In this document: one piece after another, positions 42,101 through 50,203 of the stretch
How positions within the stretch are numbered: the stretch's first letter is position 1
Layout: each line of letters opens with the position of its first letter
IMG/VR virus record: IMGVR_UViG_3300025834_000005
DNA length: 64,000 nucleotides
Strand: one strand, 5' to 3'
From: a virus
Translations under genes and position numbers: made by a program
Notes under the pieces: generated by a model
Told to the model about the DNA's origin: nothing
The model's database searches: none
Seen by the model: the letters and a program-made list of their open reading frames with translations, nothing else

Positions 42101-43361
42101 TGATTGTTAGGTCACGTCTACGTAAATCATCCTCAATTGGTAATGCATGATCTGATTTTGTCTCAATGCCCTTATGACCACCAGCACCTGTTGCTGTGTC
42201 GGTTCGTGGTATAGCAACATCAATATCCTCTGTACTACCAGTTGGTTTGAATTTCAGAACTCCAAATGATTTGCCCACAAGGTTTACTTGTCCATATTTA
42301 CCAAGTATCTGTTCAAGAGTGTCCATAGGAACGCCTGTGATCATAATATCAAGGTCTTTAGACTCTTTACCTAAATATTTATCACGCACAGCACCGCCAA
42401 CAGAGTATATCTTTCCGCCGAGCTTATTAATCTCAGCAGTGAAAGGTATTTGATCTAAACTATATATTTCGGCTTCATTCAAACTATTACCACTGGTTAT
42501 ATGCGCTTCCAATTCTTTTTTTAGCTCATCAAAATAAAAATCAATGCTTTCACCATCAAGGTCTGTGAAATTACCGTTAACGTCTCTGGCGATTCCGCCA
42601 TTATCATCCCTTTTAAAATATTTATGAATCCAGCCTTGCTGAGACATCATTCCTAAATGATTAACCTTCTGCTGTATTTCGTCAACATAATCGGATAATA
42701 CCATATTACCATTTCTATAGCCAAATTCACGAATAGCTTTAATATCTTTAGCCATTTCTATTTTAAAAGCAGGTAAATCCCTGTTTTTCACGGCAATCTC
42801 CAAAGGCTCTAACAATTTTAAAACCATTTCACTGAATTCGCTATCGCTTGGGTCTACAGATTCGTCAATCGGATTCTTTTTAAAACGAGACTTAATATAA
42901 TTGTTAATAGATTTATCGGTATAGCCAAGTAATTTACCCACTTCCACAGCCTCTTCTGGTGTTGTATCAGCAGCATAGCCATTATGAGCATTCATGTGAT
43001 CACGAAGCTTTAACGCATTTGCCTTATTAGTATAAATAATAAATGATTTTGTACCGTCCTTTCTAATGATAGGAATCGCATTAATGTTATGCATTGATAA
43101 ATTATTCCTAACATCAGCATCAAGATTATTCATAAGTAATAATCCCACGTCTCGTTTACCGTTTATTAATGTATTTACAGTTCCATCAGCACCGTAAGCC
43201 TCACTTGCATCAATTTCCTCATTAACAATTGAACTAATTTTCAGATTGTTCATATCACCCTGATTACATGCGGCAGATTTACCGTTAAGTTTCCCTAACT
43301 TGCATTTATCTTTAACCTCAACTGTTGAGCTATTTTTCATCCAAGATATAATTCTTTTCAT
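39138..43361 (-). CDS. 1407-aa multi-domain 'polyvalent' protein: unknown N-domain + class-II tRNA nucleotidyltransferase + ART-like module + 2 x unknown repeat domain + 2H phosphoesterase
   Basis: Single uninterrupted ORF. Domain motifs are listed in the sub-features below. Confidence 0.8.
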   Translation of the reverse strand: MKRIISWMKNSSTVEVKDKCKLGKLNGKSAACNQGDMNNLKISSIVNEEIDASEAYGADGTVNTLINGKRDVGLLLMNNLDADVRNNLSMHNINAIPIIRKDGTKSFIIYTNKANALKLRDHMNAHNGYAADTTPEEAVEVGKLLGYTDKSINNYIKSRFKKNPIDESVDPSDSEFSEMVLKLLEPLEIAVKNRDLPAFKIEMAKDIKAIREFGYRNGNMVLSDYVDEIQQKVNHLGMMSQQGWIHKYFKRDDNGGIARDVNGNFTDLDGESIDFYFDELKKELEAHITSGNSLNEAEIYSLDQIPFTAEINKLGGKIYSVGGAVRDKYLGKESKDLDIMITGVPMDTLEQILGKYGQVNLVGKSFGVLKFKPTGSTEDIDVAIPRTDTATGAGGHKGIETKSDHALPIEDDLRRRDLTINAIANDIEGNVIDPFGGVDDIRNKIIRMVDPSAFTEDPLRMLRAVQMASRFGFTIEPETMKAIQGSVSKIREIPSERILTEFDKIVQKGDHLIGANLLVETGIYKQLFGVNPMVDFNSKAELFRNAKTMGEFIYLLIGDTIDAPDEFYKTKLRGEINTYKEIKALKFAFDSEGNTVNIYKARSIAYNMYATYPESLKSNIIPKSIKMACDELLSGKYPKSNADLPVNGNDLMNLGFRGEQIKNKFKEILLKIYTDKLKNNREDILKYISSDNKPTPDGTDEPLNETIKGGEYVMYHGSKHKFDKFTDEFVGKENATDQEGPGIYFTESEEEAHMYGEYIYSVVLRPRKMTNAANKKVVSVSMMSSLIKMSPQWKEDAQNYDINPNRGLAKAISMMSEYADNEKDLYQQIWVDFFRHQPRLFIQGMSKLGFDGQLINKEYGGVRHIIAYNPAIITITNMVSKVPDATSENFNLQESLEQEGVGDKYAEKKFGIPDPDDEFEKDYKLHNLLMSEKPVAYVKNYDNVNNIRENVGIYKNPQSLSNFDQSTRAIADVYGNIYVAQKNGNFIHGEMAVALKFAVTDDSFYDNLDRFLLLNRVGNTNTFGLSDTTSSYVNADESDRRIVMLKIFKKLIQKNSQFRYYDRYFLDIKSDNKPINDTKITQEGVGDKYAANKFGIPDQDDEFEKEYKTHLQTQEEKPMAYVLDTKSDRIAIYKNPRSLANFDADVRAIGDPSGNIYVALQDKYFTHSRMAENIGLFTSGNEIYSTENLKKYTLMHRIGLTNGFGLGDAQYEIMNDEYENDGSLIANLRNFKKRNPQYNYYPDFYKFVKPNDKFVEESVNELSSVNPMSKKKLVKYSAVVLDDKSINKLRNAFADLIPDDYNQYRTNASGGTELICDHMTINFGEIDSFYEKYLGYTLRLKVESYAIDENVMAVGVSGFGSINDNRHITLAVNDNNGATAKMSNDLKKWIPYRKPLFLIGRVTEVPV
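39141..39548 (-). other. domain: 2H phosphoesterase-like (two HxT motifs), aa ~1272-1407
   Basis: 'LICDHMTINFG' and 'DNRHITLAVND' are spaced ~49 aa apart in a ~135-aa C-terminal domain, the H-x-T/S-x duplication that defines LigT/CPDase/Acb1-type 2H enzymes. Confidence 0.6.
39627..40118 (-). repeat. internal protein-domain duplication, copy B (aa ~1082-1245)
   Basis: 'EGVGDKYAANKFGIPDQDDEFEKEYKTH..EKPMAYV..IYKNPRSLANFDADVRAIGDPSGNIYVA..'. Period ~183 aa relative to copy A. Confidence 0.8.
40164..40670 (-). repeat. internal protein-domain duplication, copy A (aa ~898-1066)
   Basis: 'EGVGDKYAEKKFGIPDPDDEFEKDYKLH..EKPVAYV..IYKNPQSLSNFDQSTRAIADVYGNIYVA..'. Confidence 0.8.
40752..41234 (-). other. 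domain: ART-like (polyvalent-protein ADP-ribosyltransferase-type) module, aa ~710-870
   Basis: 'VMYHGSKHKFDKFTDEF..GPGIYFTESEEEAHMYGEYIYSV' and the distal 'GFDGQLI..GGVRHIIAYNP' fit my recollection of the H-G-S/T ... G-x-Y-F-T ... pattern of ART domains found in phage polyvalent proteins. Confidence 0.4.
41292..42462 (-). other. domain: complete class-II nucleotidyltransferase (CCA-adding enzyme / poly(A) polymerase family), aa ~300-690
   Basis: 'GGAVRDKYLGKESKDLDIMITG' (GGxVRD...DxD), 'RRDLTINAIA', 'EDPLRMLRAVQMASRFGF', and tail-domain-like 'LPVNGNDLMNLGFRGEQIKNKFKEILLKIYTDKLKNNREDILKYI'. Confidence 0.8.
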
Positions 43362-43379
43362 GTAATTAGATTGTATTTG

Positions 43380-44015
43380 TTATTTTAATTCTGCCGCAGC
43401 TTTTGCCTTTGCCTTCTGATTTGTTTGAATTTCCTGAATAATATCGATTACCATTCTACGAAGAACCTCACGACTATCGACCAAGCCTTGTTTAATTCTC
43501 TCAGCACTATACATTTCAAGTAAAGTCGAGTTTACAGTATTTTCCATTATTGCACCTAAATTAACTGTAAGGTATTCATTTACAAGTTGTTCAATATTAC
43601 CAGAATTAGTCGGGTTATTCTGAATTTTCGACTTAATCTCTGGCGATGCAAACTCGCTAATACTTTCAGCTAAAGTCCTATTTTTCTTGCCAAAGGATTC
43701 AAATAACTGTTCATCCCTATCAGCAGTTGTATTGTTATTTGGTCTCCTGACAGGAGACTGGATATTATCAGGAGTCTCTGTTAATATTTTTTTATATTCA
43801 TTTTTCAATGTGTCAGGGTCTTTTTTCTCAGCCAGTAATTCAATTACCTTTGTGGCGTGAGACGGACGACCAGTTTCACGTGATTTCAAAAGACCATTAA
43901 GGAAAAAATCCTTAGCTGTACCCTTTTCAGTCATACCCATTTCAGTATTTCTGGCTACTTGTCTTTCGTCAATTTCTTTTCGCAAACCGTTTAAATCAAT
44001 GTTGCTTTTTGTCAT
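43380..44015 (-). CDS. hypothetical protein
   Basis: 211-aa ORF immediately upstream of the giant gene. No motif recognised. Confidence 0.5.
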   Translation of the reverse strand: MTKSNIDLNGLRKEIDERQVARNTEMGMTEKGTAKDFFLNGLLKSRETGRPSHATKVIELLAEKKDPDTLKNEYKKILTETPDNIQSPVRRPNNNTTADRDEQLFESFGKKNRTLAESISEFASPEIKSKIQNNPTNSGNIEQLVNEYLTVNLGAIMENTVNSTLLEMYSAERIKQGLVDSREVLRRMVIDIIQEIQTNQKAKAKAAAELK

Positions 44016-44048
44016 AAAATATTTAATTTAATTTAAGCTATCATCAAT

Positions 44049-44909
44049 TTATTTAGATTTGAGACTATCGAAATATTTGACAGCTTTGTTATGTATATCG
44101 TTACGAAAGGTTTTATTATTTATTACTTTCGGCACATTTAATTTCAGATAGAGGTCGTTAAGATTACCTATAATGGATTCTTTAGGAACTCTTGTATCAT
44201 TCGCATTTCGCAAAGATACACCTTTTTTATCAGATACTACTATAAAATTCCTCGCTGGCTTATGTTTTACTTTGGTAACCACATTAAAAAAGTCTTTAAT
44301 ATCATTTGGGGTGGCTTCCTTTCGAATCATATCCAATGGCTCTTCAGCACCTTGAACAGGTTTAATAGGCTCGATCTTAGTAATTTCGCTGCCATTATCT
44401 GTTTCAGTATCCTCAATATCATTGCCATTACCTACATTTACAGATGCCATTATTCCGCCTGTCATTTGCTTATCGTCAGCATTATATTTATTAGGAATAT
44501 CCTCTGGAGCAACACTAAAATGTTTACCAGTGGGTAAAGCGGATGTTATATATTCCAGCTTAAACAATCTCCATGCAGGCTTACTGCTTGTCTTATTAGT
44601 CTCCCTGTTTGTATGATTCTGGTATTCATGATCAATTCTACGATTAGGGTCTCCAAAAGAGTCACTTGAACCGCTTTCTTGCCACGCCCTTACAGCGAGA
44701 CTACCATCGGACAATGTACCTAAAACGAAAGGTTTGATAATACGATACCCTTTCATCGCTGTATCAGGCGACGCATAGTAAATGTATAAGTACTTATTAT
44801 TCTCAATAGCTTCGAGAAAAATATTTGCACTCACACCCTCATTCAGCATGCCTCTAAAAGTCTGAATGTTTTCAAAAAGTATATTTAATTCATTTAATAC
44901 CATATACAT
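44049..44909 (-). CDS. hypothetical protein
   Basis: 286-aa ORF. 'GYRIIKPFVLGTLSDGSLAVRAWQ...WRLFKLEYI' is only vaguely WYL/SH3-barrel-like. Confidence 0.45.
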   Translation of the reverse strand: MYMVLNELNILFENIQTFRGMLNEGVSANIFLEAIENNKYLYIYYASPDTAMKGYRIIKPFVLGTLSDGSLAVRAWQESGSSDSFGDPNRRIDHEYQNHTNRETNKTSSKPAWRLFKLEYITSALPTGKHFSVAPEDIPNKYNADDKQMTGGIMASVNVGNGNDIEDTETDNGSEITKIEPIKPVQGAEEPLDMIRKEATPNDIKDFFNVVTKVKHKPARNFIVVSDKKGVSLRNANDTRVPKESIIGNLNDLYLKLNVPKVINNKTFRNDIHNKAVKYFDSLKSK

Positions 44910-45151
44910 TACGCATTTGATGAATTATATTCACCAGTGCCAGAACTATATTTATTTTTAGCTAATGCACCCTTTCTTTTATCGATATCGGTTTTACTTC
45001 CGATTGATTTATTAAGTTCACCTTTACCGTGATCGTCGCCGTCAGATAATGCACGTGAATTAGTTTGATCATATTCTTTAGACTTTGAGAATGTGCTAAA
45101 TTTTAAATTTGCTTCTCTAAATTCTTTGCTAATTTCTTCTAATCTGCTCAT
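44909..45151 (-). CDS. hypothetical protein
   Basis: 80-aa ORF with a 1-nt overlap with the downstream gene. Confidence 0.45.
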   Translation of the reverse strand: MSRLEEISKEFREANLKFSTFSKSKEYDQTNSRALSDGDDHGKGELNKSIGSKTDIDKRKGALAKNKYSSGTGEYNSSNA

Positions 45152-45169
45152 AATTAATATTTTATTTGT

Positions 45170-45871
45170 TTATTTATAATTTGTAAAACATATTGATATA
45201 TACTCAATTAAATTTGGAACAGTCTCCATTTTTTGTATCTCTTGCATTGTATACCATCCATATGCTGTATGTTCGCCATTTAATTTAACATCCGAATCAT
45301 CGCCATTAAAACGATCAGCGAATATATGCTCGACATTTAACACATCGTCATATGTTCTTTCAATTGTTAATCTTTTTATAATATTGTCAAGTTTAATTCC
45401 AGTTTCCTCATAAACCTCACGTTTACATGCATCCTCTGGTGATTCATCATCCTCTATTTTACCGCCAGCCAAACCATATTTACCAGCAGCCCAACAGTTC
45501 TCGCCTCTTTTTAAAAGCAGAAATTTATTATCCTTATTGGCGATAACACCGAGTGCATTCTCCTGTTTGTTTAAGTTTTCAGATTCATTTAAAGCACCTA
45601 TATTAATCTTTCTTGCTGAATTTAGACTATTATCAACATATTTTTGCATGTCAACGCCACCAGCTAATAAATATTGAACATCATTAGCACCCATTCCAGC
45701 CATATCATGTTTGAGCCTTTTTAATGCTTGGTATGTTAATGTCCTATTTTTTAGAATATACTTAGCCCTACGAATCCCATCGCTGTCAGGATATCTTGTA
45801 ATCGCAGCACTGATGATATTTAAAACATCTTTAGGTACTACGAAATTTTTGCCGTATAGTTCACTATTCAT
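45170..45871 (-). CDS. Nudix hydrolase with ~100-aa N-terminal extension
   Basis: Nudix box 'GGKIEDDESPEDACKREVYEETGI' (Gx5Ex7REUxEExGU). Confidence 0.8.
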   Translation of the reverse strand: MNSELYGKNFVVPKDVLNIISAAITRYPDSDGIRRAKYILKNRTLTYQALKRLKHDMAGMGANDVQYLLAGGVDMQKYVDNSLNSARKINIGALNESENLNKQENALGVIANKDNKFLLLKRGENCWAAGKYGLAGGKIEDDESPEDACKREVYEETGIKLDNIIKRLTIERTYDDVLNVEHIFADRFNGDDSDVKLNGEHTAYGWYTMQEIQKMETVPNLIEYISICFTNYK

Positions 45872-46464
45872 TTAGCCTCTATTAAGTTTTTTAGTTTATC
45901 TTTTGATTTGTTATCTAATCTATTAATCAGTCCAGCTAATTTTGAAACGCTTTTGTCTGACATATCATGATCATTAGTCTTTGCTGATAGAAAATTTTCA
46001 GGTTTTTTTTCGATAATAATATCCTCGTCAACAACTGATTCGTCAACACTCTTTGGCTTACTTTCGAATTTTTTTACAATCTCTTTAGCATACACCTCAA
46101 AATATTTTACAACATCCTTGGAGATCGTTTCCTTTTCAGTATAAATTCTATAGTCATTTTTCAGATTATTTGGATTTTTATAGTAGTATTTCATGATTTC
46201 TTCATAGAATTTACGAAGAATATCTAAAGTATCTGTCAAGTCTTTATTCTTCTCGTCAGAACCCTCGCCCTCAAAGAATGGTAGCATGACAGAACCAAAA
46301 TATCCCATCATGCTATCACCAAACGGCTGATGTCCCACAGCCATATTATAATCTGTAATTTTTTTCGATACAGTGCTCATATTAGAACCTGTTTTTGGCG
46401 TGTTATCGTTGCCTATCAGACTCCCATCGCTATCTATAACCTCATTTATAAGACTAACTTTCAT
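45868..46464 (-). CDS. hypothetical protein
   Basis: 198-aa ORF with a 4-nt overlap with the Nudix gene, preceded by GTATTTAT with 19-nt spacing. Confidence 0.5.
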   Translation of the reverse strand: MKVSLINEVIDSDGSLIGNDNTPKTGSNMSTVSKKITDYNMAVGHQPFGDSMMGYFGSVMLPFFEGEGSDEKNKDLTDTLDILRKFYEEIMKYYYKNPNNLKNDYRIYTEKETISKDVVKYFEVYAKEIVKKFESKPKSVDESVVDEDIIIEKKPENFLSAKTNDHDMSDKSVSKLAGLINRLDNKSKDKLKNLIEAK

Positions 46465-46483
46465 GATTATTAAGTAATTTAAT

Positions 46484-46491
46484 ATAAATAC
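46484..46491 (-). promoter_or_regulatory. GTATTTAT upstream motif
   Basis: 19 nt upstream of the ATG at 46464, in the 49-nt gap after the polymerase gene. Confidence 0.45.
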
Positions 46492-46513
46492 TTAATTCTT
46501 AATAATAATTCAT

Positions 46514-49500
46514 TTAAAATGAATCCACATCAATCACATCAGTATCATCAGGTCGAGCATCAGCCTCTATGCCCTCAATAAAGGTGTCAAGCATTGATAA
46601 ACCTTCGTCACCATAAGCTACAACAAACTCCTCAAGTTTCTTAAACTCTAAACTGAACTGCTTCTTAAATTTAGCATAATATCGAACTCTTTTATTGTTC
46701 TTATTCTCTATAAATAATTCCTTATCAGTTTTCTCACTTATTGAAGCCTTTAAATTCTTTAACTTATCTTCGACTGATTTACGCTTCTCTTCGATCATCA
46801 ATTCGGTTTCTGATTTAGGAACGTCCTTAACCTCTTTAACCATTTTTATATAAGAACCGTTATGAAATCCTACCCAATACTGTAAGTTATTCTTTATTAG
46901 TATGTAATCGCCTTTAACATGTTTTTCGTTAATAGATTTAATCAAAGGCTTCCCAGCATCAATCATTTTCTGATTAACAAATTTCAATGCACTCTCATAA
47001 ACATCAAAGTATACCATATTTTCAGGAGTAACATGAAAGCCATCCCAAATCAATCGTGGGTCATAGCCAGTTTTATTCCAGAATATTGCCTCACGATCTT
47101 CAAGCTGTAACGATTCTTCGATACTATCCAAAGGATAACTATCGAGAGTTAACTCATGATCCATGAATACATTCTTTTTCAATTCCTCAATAACAACACT
47201 TTTACCAAATGTGTCTTTGGTTTTTTTCTTAACGATCTTCGCAAGAATCTGTCCAGATATTTCGGGATTAAATCCAGCTAACAGGATAGCAACCCTTTTA
47301 TTAAAAGCGGCTAAGTATTTCTGAACGTTATAGTCACCTGTCATATTAGGATTCATCGCTAAATCAGATGCATGTATAAGCTTTGAGTATAACTCACCAG
47401 TCTTTTCATCCCTACCCGAACTACTATCAGCAACCTTTTTGCCTGTATTAATCTGATAGACAACGCTATCAATCTCAGGCTCTGGTGGCATATAATTAGA
47501 TATTAACTTCATTTTCTGTTCGATTGACCAGCCTTTAGCAGAATTATCGAGATTTAACTCGTCAAAATGCTCATTAAAAAGTTCAGAGGCAATATGGTTA
47601 CGTTCCTCAATTAAGAGTTCCATATGAGCTTGTTTAGGCTTTTTAGAACCATTTTTAGTATTACCTCTATTAATGTACTGGTCTAATTTAACCTTAACCT
47701 TATTCTTACTCGCAATCTTTTTCATTGGGATTTGTTGATAATATAATTGATCAACATAATCATAATAGTAGTTTACAAAATCAACACCCCTACCGTGAAG
47801 AACCATATCAAGTCCTTTATCTATGAATTCCTCAATATACTCGGACATTACCTTTGATTTAATAGTAACGCCGACCATCTTGATTTTCTCCTTCATCTTA
47901 CCAGATTTCTTATCCTTTGATTCGGACATGATGGCATAGTTATTTCTCGATAAATTCAAGCATGATATAAATTCACCATCATTATCAACACTGATATAAC
48001 TTTGTTTTTCACGAATTTTTGCAGCAATTTGTTCCTGATCATTATATTTATCGATCAAGGCAGTGATACCAGTTTTACCCTTGAATTTCCATGCTTCCTC
48101 AATAGGAATAGGAACTTCAACCATATAATCCAAAACATCAACATTATCGCCGATAATTATATTAGTGGTATCAGGTATTTGAAAGTTCACACCGTCAGTA
48201 ATAGCTAACAAAGGAACGCACTTATAATCACTAAACCACGCAATAGCATGTCTAAGATGAAGCCTACCAGTACATGTGATACGTGCAGCACAGATATTAT
48301 CTGACCAGTTAAATGATACACCTGAACCTAAAGCACCGAATAATGAGTTATTTAAAATCTTGATAGGTAATTGCTTAATCTTAAACATTTTTCTATCCTC
48401 AGTCGTAAGAGTCTGATTAGTATACTTATGATAAGTATCATGGTCGATCTGACTTAAGATATATACCTCTTCTTCGTTAATTTCATCACTATTCGCCAGT
48501 TTTTTATAGATATTTCTGGTTGTAGTTAAATAAAATAGCATCTTTTTAATAACGCCAGTAATGTCAAAGATCGGAAAGATATCATCGGTTAACTGAATCA
48601 TAGGATACAGTGAAGCGTAGTCAATTTTCACCCATCTTCTGGTAAAACCAGTTCTAAAACACCTTGAAAGTCCGCCTGAAAACCCTTCCTTCTTTTCAGA
48701 ATATGGTATAGCAACACCATTATCATAACTCCATGCTGTCAACAGTAAGTTCCAGATTGATGCAGTTCCCATAGTACAAACACGCTGATATGTGGTTGGC
48801 ACAATTTTAGCAAGCATGAACGATGATTGATTATACAATTCATCGACTTGTTCGGTTTCCCATAAGTCATCAAGAAGATACTGCTTGATAATACTCTGAC
48901 CATCAATAAGCTTAAACATCTTACGAGGAATAGCCTCAGCTTTAAGCCATACTACGAATTCTTTATTATCAGCAAACAGCTTCTTTTTAGCGTCATTATA
49001 TTGATCATCGGTATAATTACCCCTATTAAGCTGTAAACTATATAATTCGCCTCCAACTTCCTGTAATTCAGCTGGAATTTCAATATAAGCATTATTATCA
49101 TCAATGAAAAAAAGTTTATTATCGTAATAAAAATCAGATATAACATCACCCTCAACATACATTCTATTCGCTTTAGCAATGCCCTCATGTTTTGATATAT
49201 ATTTCAGCTTTGTGTTCTTAATTTCAGTATTAACAGCCGCTGTCCTTTTTGCCGCATGCATAATATCGATAATCGAATAACCCCACATTTCAGTAGCAAC
49301 ATATTTATCAGATACGTTACCGTATTTTACTGAGACATTAGGTCTTCTTTTGATAGGCGTACTACGTTTATCAACAGCCATTGGGATTCCAGATAAATCC
49401 ATGTTTAATATCTCGGCTCTTCCTAATATAAAGTCAAAGTCAAAGTTTTCAGAATTATAGCCACATATAACAGCTGGCTGTAGATACATTAAAAGGTTGA

Positions 49501-50203
49501 AAAAATCCTGAATAAGGTTTCGCTCTTCTTGGTCATCATCCTTTTTCTTAGCTTCAAGAATGATCTCAAAGCCACGATTATCACGAACACCGATAGCGAA
49601 CATTCGTTTCAACTGATATTTTAAACCAGTTGTCTCGATATCGAAGACTACTTTATGAACGTCCTTATATTCCTCAAATCCTTTGAATAGTCTTGATTTT
49701 GTGGACATAAAAAACTGTTCGGTAGTTCTCGGAGAAAAGAAAAGATCACGGTATAAGTAAACTGGTTCATCCCTCTCATCTTTAATAACCCTACCACGCT
49801 CATCTTTCAATTTTTCATATGGATTAACATTCGCATCCTTTAAGAAATTAACAATTGAGTTGTATGACTTGTTACTCGTAAGCTTATAGCAATAGCCATC
49901 AATTAGTCGTCGCTGATTACCTGTCTCAAGTTTAGTGATCTCAACGCCATATTGAGCCAGCTTATTCTCAAGCAAATCAGGCATTTGGCTAAATAAATTA
50001 ACACCATTTTTCTCCAAATCCTTACAAAACATAAACGGTTGGTATTGTATTTTCGCAATCCTCGGTTTTGTGTTCGGCTCATGTATTACACATTCAGCGT
50101 AGTTGAAATTAGGGTTTGTCTCAACGTTTACAATATATTTTAAATCGTCATTATAGCCCTCAAGAAAGCCTTTTATCTCGCTTAAAACAGCTGCTTTATC
50201 CAT
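46514..50203 (-). CDS. family B DNA polymerase (1229 aa) with 3'-5' exonuclease domain
   Basis: ExoI 'VFDIETTG', ExoII 'GYNSENFDFDFI', ExoIII 'YLLDDLWE', motif A 'IDYASLYPM', motif B 'KILNNSLFGALG', motif C position 'LLAITDGVNF'. Confidence 0.9.
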   Translation of the reverse strand: MDKAAVLSEIKGFLEGYNDDLKYIVNVETNPNFNYAECVIHEPNTKPRIAKIQYQPFMFCKDLEKNGVNLFSQMPDLLENKLAQYGVEITKLETGNQRRLIDGYCYKLTSNKSYNSIVNFLKDANVNPYEKLKDERGRVIKDERDEPVYLYRDLFFSPRTTEQFFMSTKSRLFKGFEEYKDVHKVVFDIETTGLKYQLKRMFAIGVRDNRGFEIILEAKKKDDDQEERNLIQDFFNLLMYLQPAVICGYNSENFDFDFILGRAEILNMDLSGIPMAVDKRSTPIKRRPNVSVKYGNVSDKYVATEMWGYSIIDIMHAAKRTAAVNTEIKNTKLKYISKHEGIAKANRMYVEGDVISDFYYDNKLFFIDDNNAYIEIPAELQEVGGELYSLQLNRGNYTDDQYNDAKKKLFADNKEFVVWLKAEAIPRKMFKLIDGQSIIKQYLLDDLWETEQVDELYNQSSFMLAKIVPTTYQRVCTMGTASIWNLLLTAWSYDNGVAIPYSEKKEGFSGGLSRCFRTGFTRRWVKIDYASLYPMIQLTDDIFPIFDITGVIKKMLFYLTTTRNIYKKLANSDEINEEEVYILSQIDHDTYHKYTNQTLTTEDRKMFKIKQLPIKILNNSLFGALGSGVSFNWSDNICAARITCTGRLHLRHAIAWFSDYKCVPLLAITDGVNFQIPDTTNIIIGDNVDVLDYMVEVPIPIEEAWKFKGKTGITALIDKYNDQEQIAAKIREKQSYISVDNDGEFISCLNLSRNNYAIMSESKDKKSGKMKEKIKMVGVTIKSKVMSEYIEEFIDKGLDMVLHGRGVDFVNYYYDYVDQLYYQQIPMKKIASKNKVKVKLDQYINRGNTKNGSKKPKQAHMELLIEERNHIASELFNEHFDELNLDNSAKGWSIEQKMKLISNYMPPEPEIDSVVYQINTGKKVADSSSGRDEKTGELYSKLIHASDLAMNPNMTGDYNVQKYLAAFNKRVAILLAGFNPEISGQILAKIVKKKTKDTFGKSVVIEELKKNVFMDHELTLDSYPLDSIEESLQLEDREAIFWNKTGYDPRLIWDGFHVTPENMVYFDVYESALKFVNQKMIDAGKPLIKSINEKHVKGDYILIKNNLQYWVGFHNGSYIKMVKEVKDVPKSETELMIEEKRKSVEDKLKNLKASISEKTDKELFIENKNNKRVRYYAKFKKQFSLEFKKLEEFVVAYGDEGLSMLDTFIEGIEADARPDDTDVIDVDSF

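Noticed and set aside
44049-44909. WYL-like ligand-sensing domain ('GYRIIKPFVLG...AVRAWQ...WRLFKLEYI')
   Set aside because: This is only a loose pattern resemblance to the R-x-i-x-P...W-Y-L...F-R-l-x-R-I layout. No HTH or partner domain is present, so it is too weak to call.
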